Virus record (IMG/VR): IMGVR_UViG_3300045988_128069 | From: a virus | Direction: 5' to 3' (one strand) | Length of the DNA: 55,904 nucleotides | In this document: piece by piece, positions 50,353 through 55,904 of the stretch | Position numbering within the stretch: the stretch's first letter is position 1 | Layout of the letters: the number at the start of each line of letters is the position of its first letter | Translations under genes and position numbers: made by a program | Notes under the pieces: generated by a model | The model's input: the letters and a program-made list of their open reading frames with translations, nothing else | Database searches by the model: none | Told to the model about the DNA's origin: nothing

Positions 50353-50784
50353 ATGGCAAATGAACATGTAGCTATCAGTACCCAAGGCGTACAGCTGCTT
50401 CGCGGTGATTCCAAGACTACCCTGAAAGAGCTGTGCTGGATTCAGGAATATCCTGACCTGATCGAAGACCCGGATACCATTGACGTTACCACACTGATGC
50501 ACACCATGCAGGCTAACATCCCTGCGCTGCCGAAATCCTCTGCGCGTGCCTTCCCGGCGTTTGTTGACACCGATGCGGGCAACCTGAAAGCAGTACAGGA
50601 CACGGCGAACACACCGGCCTATTATGCGGTGCGCAGCCGTAATGGCTGGGGCTGGGTATGGCATGGCCAGCACAGTGTTTCTGTGCCCGGAAAAGGCGTT
50701 GATGATGCAATTCAGTTCAATATCGTTATTACAAACGATTCTGACCTTGAATTCACCGAAAGCATTACTGTTGCTACTTCTTGA
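50353..50784 (+). CDS. Major tail (tube) protein
   Basis: Position directly upstream of the chaperone pair and tape measure. Confidence 0.55.
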   Translation: MANEHVAISTQGVQLLRGDSKTTLKELCWIQEYPDLIEDPDTIDVTTLMHTMQANIPALPKSSARAFPAFVDTDAGNLKAVQDTANTPAYYAVRSRNGWGWVWHGQHSVSVPGKGVDDAIQFNIVITNDSDLEFTESITVATS

Positions 50785-50798
50785 GGAGGAAAACGCAA

Positions 50799-51116
50799 AT
50801 GGACAATATCAAACTGACTTTTGAAGGCAAAAGCTACGAGCTTACCTATACCCGCGAGACTATCAAGCAGATGGAGAACACCGGATTTGACATCCAGATG
50901 TTGGCACATCAGCCCACCGTTCAGGGCGATAAGATGTTTGCCGGTGCTTTTCTGGCAAAGTGCAAGGGAGTTAAGCGCAAGGTAATTGACGACATCTGGA
51001 ACCATATGGACATTGAAAGCAAGAATAATGTTCTTGCCGCACTGGCCGATATTTACGGCGATGCAATGAACAGCCTTGCAGATGATGGAAAAAAGGTGAC
51101 TTGGGAGATTGCTTGA
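50799..51116 (+). CDS. Tail assembly chaperone (gpG analogue)
   Basis: ATG after GAGGAGGAA; ends just after the slippery heptamer. Confidence 0.65.
   Translation: MDNIKLTFEGKSYELTYTRETIKQMENTGFDIQMLAHQPTVQGDKMFAGAFLAKCKGVKRKVIDDIWNHMDIESKNNVLAALADIYGDAMNSLADDGKKVTWEIA
51089..51095 (+). promoter_or_regulatory. Slippery heptamer A_AAA_AAG for -1 programmed frameshift
   Basis: GGA AAA AAG in the 0 frame; the -1 frame is open to 51499. Confidence 0.65.
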
Positions 51117-51499
51117 CCGACGATCTCCCCGAAGATCAAAAAACATGGGGACAGATTTTTGAAGAACTAGCCCCTTATTATTTATCAATCGGCATGAGCG
51201 CTGACGAGTATTGGAATGGTTATCCAAGACTTGCCAGAGAATACCGGGAAGCGCATAAAAAACAGCTTGAGGAATGGAATTATAAGGCGTGGATACAGGG
51301 CAAGTATATTGCCGATGCCATATCCGCCACGATCGGAAATGCGTTTATCCCGAAAGGGCGCAAACCGATGCAGTATCCGAAAGAGCCGTATGCGCTGACG
51401 GAAGAAGAACAGATTGCAAGAAAGATAAGGGATGCAGAAGAAGCGGAGAGACGTTTCTTTGAGAAATTCAGTTTGATGGGTGGTGGAAGCAATGGCTGA
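51101..51499 (+). CDS. Frameshift extension of the tail assembly chaperone (gpT analogue)
   Basis: Track ORF in the -1 frame relative to 50799..51116, no own RBS. Confidence 0.6.
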   Translation: MGDCLTDDLPEDQKTWGQIFEELAPYYLSIGMSADEYWNGYPRLAREYREAHKKQLEEWNYKAWIQGKYIADAISATIGNAFIPKGRKPMQYPKEPYALTEEEQIARKIRDAEEAERRFFEKFSLMGGGSNG

Positions 51500-54400
51500 C
51501 GTACAGATTGATAAACTTACAATCGAGATTGAGGCCAATTCAGGAGCTGCCACAACTAATATCAAAAAGTTGGGAAAGGCGATAGAGTCTCTTTCTTCAA
51601 CAGGTAGCTTAAAGATTGTTATTGACAGTTTGGAAAAACTGAATGAAAAGCTGTCCAATATGAGCAATTTAAGCTCCGCTGTATCGGGAATAAACCAAGT
51701 TTCTGATGCAATGAAAAAGGCAGCAGGCGTTTCCAATAATATGACTGCACAGACGGAAGCGCTTGGCTCTTCTCTGAAAAATCTGTTTTCAAAGGCCATT
51801 GTGGTAGCAATTATTCAAAAGGCTAACACACTTTTGGAAAGTGCCATAACCAAATACAGCGAGTACACAGAAGATATTAACCTGTTTGCTGTGGCAATGG
51901 GCAATGCGGCTGACAGCGGCGGCAGATTTGCGCAAAAGATGGAAAACCTGCTTGGCATTGACAGCGGTGAAGCCATGCGGAATATGGCTGTTTTCCAGAA
52001 CCTTACAACCAGCTTTGGCATGGCATCCGATAAAGCCTATATTCTTAGCCAGAACCTCACACAGCTTGGCTATGATATGGCTTCCTTCTTCAATCTGAGG
52101 ACAGAAGATTCGTTCCAGAAATTGCAAGCTGCCATTTCCGGTGAGCTTGAACCTATCCGCAGGTTGGGCGTTGATATTTCCAACGCCAGATTGCAACAAG
52201 AATTGTACAATTTGGGAATCAATAAAAGCATTAACAGTTTGTCTCAGGCGGATAAGGCACAGCTGCGCTATATTGCTATCATGAAGCAGACAACAAATGC
52301 GCAGACAGATATGGGCCGCACATTGAATTCGCCTGCAAACCAGATGCGTATTTTGAAAGCACAGGTTGACTTGCTCGGCAGAAGCCTGGGTGCGGTGCTC
52401 ATCCCCGCAATCAATGCTATTCTTCCGCCCCTGATTGCTTTTATTCAGGTTGTCAGAATGGCAATCAGCGCAATTGCATCACTTTTTGGGCATACGATTC
52501 AGTGGGGCAATTTTCAGAGTTCCGGCGTAAGTGCTGCACAAAGCGTTAGCAGCGGGCTTGATGATGTCGGTGGGAGCGCAAGTTCTGCGGCGAAAGCTGT
52601 GCATGACCTGATCGGCGGATTCGATGAACTCAATAAAGCACCAGACCAGTCATCCGGCGGTGGTGGCGGTAGTGGCGGAGGCGGAAGCGGATTAGGTGAC
52701 ATTGGCCTTCCGAGCTATGACATGTTTGCCAACCTTGCAAACAGCAAGGTTACGCAATGGGTTGAAAAGCTACAAAAGGCTTTTGAGAACATCAAAAAAG
52801 TGCTTGAACCGTTTATGCCACTTATAAAAGGTATTGGCGCTGCTATATTAACGGCTTTTGCCGTTGGAGCTGTCAGCAAATTCCTGAAAAAGTTCAAGGA
52901 TTTTATTACTAAAGCCGCTGCGGGAAGCGCTGTCTTTGAAGCATTGAAAAAAGCTGCGGGAGTTTTTGTTTCATCGCTGGAGTATGGGGCCGGTTTTTTG
53001 AGGTCTTTTTCCTTGGGGCTTCAATCGTTTAGAAGCGCACTCCCGGTATGGGCGAAAGTAGCTACTGCCGTTGCTGTGGCGGTCGGAACCTTTGCCACTG
53101 CTTATGATGCAATGAAAAAATTCGGGCAGGGGGCAATGGATTTGAAGACCGCCGCAACAAACTGTGTGACTGCATTTGCCCTGTTTGGGACGATCGGCGG
53201 CATTGTGCTTGGCCCAGTTGGTGTAGTGATTGCAGCGGTGGGAACGGCAGCCGGTGCGTTTTTTGGATACAGGAACGCAATGCAGGAAGCCGGGCAGGAA
53301 ATGGCGAACGAAAGCCAGTTCTGCCAGACCTTGAATTACATGATCGACCAGTCCACCGCAAGTATTCAGCGGGCAACGGATAACCAGCAGGAACTTAACG
53401 AAAAAATTCAAAGCTTTTCTGATGTCGGAACAAAGTATGCAGGCGTTCAAACCCTTGTCGATTCGATTTTCGATTTAAGCGAAAAGTCGAACAAATCCGC
53501 GTTTGAAGTGCAGCAGCTCCAGTCTCAGGTAGAATACCTTAATGGTATGGGCCTGGAAGGGTTGCAGCTGCACATGGACGAAACCGGAACAAAGGTGCTT
53601 GAAACTCGTGACGATGTAAACGCCCTTATCGAAAGCCTTGAAAAGGCCGCATACGCAGCAGCAGCGCAGGATTTGTTGGAAAGTGCATATAAGGCGCAGA
53701 TTCAGGCGGAACAAGACCTTGCAGCCGCCAATGACCGCCTTGCTGCGAGCAAGGAAGCAGTCGATACAGCAACAACGGCACTTAGCAATTATCGTGACGG
53801 TCTTTCCACATGGGGTGAAATGCTGGCTGATTTGGGTCTCGATGCGCAATATAACGCTTTGTCCGATTCTTTGAGCAAAGCGAACGAAGCCTACGAAACC
53901 TCAACAAGTGACGTTCAGGCGCAGCAAGAAGCCCTTACAAATGCCAATTCTGCGATTGATACCTACACCCAAAAACTTGTGGATATCAAAAGCGGGAACT
54001 TTGATATGGCTGATTCTGTAACAAGCTCTACAAATCAGGTTGATACTTCTATGGCGCAGGTAAGAGATTCTGCAAATCAGACTGCCGGAACAGTAACAAG
54101 CGCAAACAGTAATATAGCAACGTCTGCTACAGATTCCGCTGCAACAATCAGTTCCAGCTATTCGGCTACGGCACAAAGCGTACAGGGTAGCACAGGCCAA
54201 ATGAGTAGTGCAGCGGAAAACGCAAAAGAACGAATGACCCAAAGTGCAAACAATACAGCAAGCGCTTATGCGGCAAGTTTTGACAATATCAATTCTGGTG
54301 CAAGAAGAAATGCGGAAACGGTAAAAGATTCTGCAAGTAATGCCGCATCTGGCGTTGAAGATGCGGCAACCCGTTCCGGAAATGCACTGTCCGGCCTTCC

Positions 54401-54935
54401 AGAGAAGGCAAAACAATGGGGCAGCGATTTCGCTTCCTCTTTTGTAGATAGCTTTGTCAATACGTGGACAGTCCTTAAATCGGGATTTGAAGATGCGGCA
54501 AAATGGATTAGTGAACGGTTCCATTTTTCTGTTCCTGATAAAGGCCCTTTGGCTGATGCTGACACCTGGATGCCTGACATGATGAAACTGTTTGCATCCG
54601 GCATTGAACGGAACAAGAACAGCGTTATCCGCCAGGTTGCAGCGCTTAGTGCTTCTATGCAAAAGGAACTTACGGATGCACCTGTCAATGTCAGCGCAGA
54701 GGGCACAGTCGTTTCCAAACACGATGTCGAAGTATCCGGGAAGCAGTTTTCTTCTGCGCAGGCATACCGCACCGGAAATGGCTCCGCAGACGTTGTTGCA
54801 GCAATTCGTGCGCTTGGCACTATTATGGAGCGCAACAGCGATACCAAAGTTGTCATCAACGGCAGAGAGGTATTCCGCGCCGTTAAGGATGAAGCGCACC
54901 GAGAACAAATCAGAACGGGAAGCCCCGCTTTTTAA
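51492..54935 (+). CDS. Tape measure protein
   Basis: 1147 aa, coiled coils, hydrophobic central segments, Gly linker SSGGGGGSGGGGSG. Confidence 0.85.
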   Translation: MADVQIDKLTIEIEANSGAATTNIKKLGKAIESLSSTGSLKIVIDSLEKLNEKLSNMSNLSSAVSGINQVSDAMKKAAGVSNNMTAQTEALGSSLKNLFSKAIVVAIIQKANTLLESAITKYSEYTEDINLFAVAMGNAADSGGRFAQKMENLLGIDSGEAMRNMAVFQNLTTSFGMASDKAYILSQNLTQLGYDMASFFNLRTEDSFQKLQAAISGELEPIRRLGVDISNARLQQELYNLGINKSINSLSQADKAQLRYIAIMKQTTNAQTDMGRTLNSPANQMRILKAQVDLLGRSLGAVLIPAINAILPPLIAFIQVVRMAISAIASLFGHTIQWGNFQSSGVSAAQSVSSGLDDVGGSASSAAKAVHDLIGGFDELNKAPDQSSGGGGGSGGGGSGLGDIGLPSYDMFANLANSKVTQWVEKLQKAFENIKKVLEPFMPLIKGIGAAILTAFAVGAVSKFLKKFKDFITKAAAGSAVFEALKKAAGVFVSSLEYGAGFLRSFSLGLQSFRSALPVWAKVATAVAVAVGTFATAYDAMKKFGQGAMDLKTAATNCVTAFALFGTIGGIVLGPVGVVIAAVGTAAGAFFGYRNAMQEAGQEMANESQFCQTLNYMIDQSTASIQRATDNQQELNEKIQSFSDVGTKYAGVQTLVDSIFDLSEKSNKSAFEVQQLQSQVEYLNGMGLEGLQLHMDETGTKVLETRDDVNALIESLEKAAYAAAAQDLLESAYKAQIQAEQDLAAANDRLAASKEAVDTATTALSNYRDGLSTWGEMLADLGLDAQYNALSDSLSKANEAYETSTSDVQAQQEALTNANSAIDTYTQKLVDIKSGNFDMADSVTSSTNQVDTSMAQVRDSANQTAGTVTSANSNIATSATDSAATISSSYSATAQSVQGSTGQMSSAAENAKERMTQSANNTASAYAASFDNINSGARRNAETVKDSASNAASGVEDAATRSGNALSGLPEKAKQWGSDFASSFVDSFVNTWTVLKSGFEDAAKWISERFHFSVPDKGPLADADTWMPDMMKLFASGIERNKNSVIRQVAALSASMQKELTDAPVNVSAEGTVVSKHDVEVSGKQFSSAQAYRTGNGSADVVAAIRALGTIMERNSDTKVVINGREVFRAVKDEAHREQIRTGSPAF

Positions 54936-54944
54936 GAGGGAAAT

Positions 54945-55331
54945 ATGAGCTTCAATACCAAAGACACAAAAGGTTACTGGGCTGTCAACGGAACTGCGCT
55001 GTACAAGCCGCAGGGGTGTGAAATCACGCATGAAAACTATGTCGGCTCCAACAGCGGCCGCACAGAGGACGGCGTGATGCACATTGATTGGCTGCGCCGG
55101 GACTTGCGCAAAGTCACAATCAAATACAATGCCATGACAGGGAACGAAATGGACGAGCTTGTGAGGCTTGTTCAGGGCAAGGAATATACCGCAACATTCA
55201 GAGACAGGGGAAAGACATGCACGATGTCTGCTTATACAGGCGATTGCAAATATGAACTGTACAACGAAACCTTGTGTTCAAGTGAGGGCGGATTATACAC
55301 CGATGTTTCCTTTGACATGGTAGAGATGTAA
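54945..55331 (+). CDS. Distal tail protein-position gene (small Dit-like)
   Basis: Position between the tape measure and Tal-like genes. Confidence 0.4.
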   Translation: MSFNTKDTKGYWAVNGTALYKPQGCEITHENYVGSNSGRTEDGVMHIDWLRRDLRKVTIKYNAMTGNEMDELVRLVQGKEYTATFRDRGKTCTMSAYTGDCKYELYNETLCSSEGGLYTDVSFDMVEM

Positions 55332-55346
55332 AGGAGGGAAGAATCA

Positions 55347-55904
55347 ATGCTGAAAAACCTGATTGTTAAAAGCGATGGGACAGAGATTGATTCTTCCCTT
55401 ATTTTGTCTTGCACATTGACGCAGACCTTGAATTCAGGCCAGGAATTCACGATTGGAAGCGCATGCACAGACGAAATAGAGGTCGAATACCTTGCGCGGG
55501 ATGACAATCTTATTGCAAAAGGCGATGTGCTTACGTTGTACTGGGTGAATGACAGCGGCACAAAAACAAAAGTCGGCATATATTATTGCGAAAAGCCAAA
55601 TTATCAGGGGCTTATGCGGGAAATATCCGGCACAAGCGCGGTTTATAAAGTAGTCGCCTACGACACCATGTCCAAGCTGGATGCGGACTTCTCCGGCTGG
55701 CTGCACGCCAATCAGGCACAGTTCCCCAAGACCATCTGGCAGCTGGTTCAGCTGGCCTGCCAGCGGGCAGGGGTTACGCTTGCCAGCAGCAGCCTGCCCA
55801 TCAACGGCAGCTACAGCGTGCAGGCGTTCTACGCGGACGACCTGACCTGCCGCCAGATCATCTCCTGGGCGGCGGAAGCGGCAGGCTGCTACGCCCACAT
55901 GAAT
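55347..55904 (+). CDS. Tail-associated (Tal-like) protein, N-terminal part; continues into 1..2730 (about 1060 aa in total)
   Basis: ATG 55347 after AAGGAGGG; open to the window end; not in the track because it runs off the end. Confidence 0.75.
   Translation, partial: MLKNLIVKSDGTEIDSSLILSCTLTQTLNSGQEFTIGSACTDEIEVEYLARDDNLIAKGDVLTLYWVNDSGTKTKVGIYYCEKPNYQGLMREISGTSAVYKVVAYDTMSKLDADFSGWLHANQAQFPKTIWQLVQLACQRAGVTLASSSLPINGSYSVQAFYADDLTCRQIISWAAEAAGCYAHMN
55800..55904. repeat. Terminal direct repeat identical to 1..105
   Basis: Exact 105-nt identity. Confidence 0.95.

Overview
The window is a complete temperate siphovirus-type phage or excised prophage genome, probably from a Gram-positive, Clostridia-like gut host. 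It is assembled as a circle: the first 105 nt are repeated exactly at 55800..55904, giving a unit length of 55799 bp.

Layout:
- Tail, fibre and lysis genes: the tail gene starts at 55347, wraps through the overlap and ends at 2730; the + strand run continues to 8623.
- Accessory (moron) region, 8665..14290: a minus-strand 3-gene operon with a perfect consensus promoter, followed by + strand low-complexity or unknown proteins.
- attP region carrying a tRNA 3' fragment, and a tyrosine integrase (14756..15907, -).
- Lysogeny switch (16008..19248), patchy in strand.
- A long + strand early, replication and recombination module (20132..35172): antirepressor, ERF, SSB, replisome organizer with internal iterons, DnaB-type helicase, PAPS-reductase-like protein, RusA, MazG-like protein, dUTPase and many small ORFs.
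- Late region: frameshifted DNA methyltransferase, terS, terL, SPP1-type portal, MuF-like protein, scaffold, E-type capsid protein, connectors, tail tube, G/GT chaperones and tape measure.

The late operon is interrupted twice. A 4.7-kb island sits between terS and terL; it holds a 12-copy TCGACTTT array, an RHH-controlled cassette of small proteins, and XRE and Zn-ribbon/AP2 genes. A 1.4-kb promoter-driven, ORF-poor, highly structured RNA island with two tRNAs and one aberrant tRNA-like element sits between terL and the portal gene.

A conserved composite element (tandem GTGCCAAGTGC 11-mers fused to an intrinsic terminator, two copies with a promoter just upstream) precedes each late block. 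I consider it the most interesting undescribed regulatory signal in the window.

All functional calls rest on motif and architecture recognition by eye; no database search was run.
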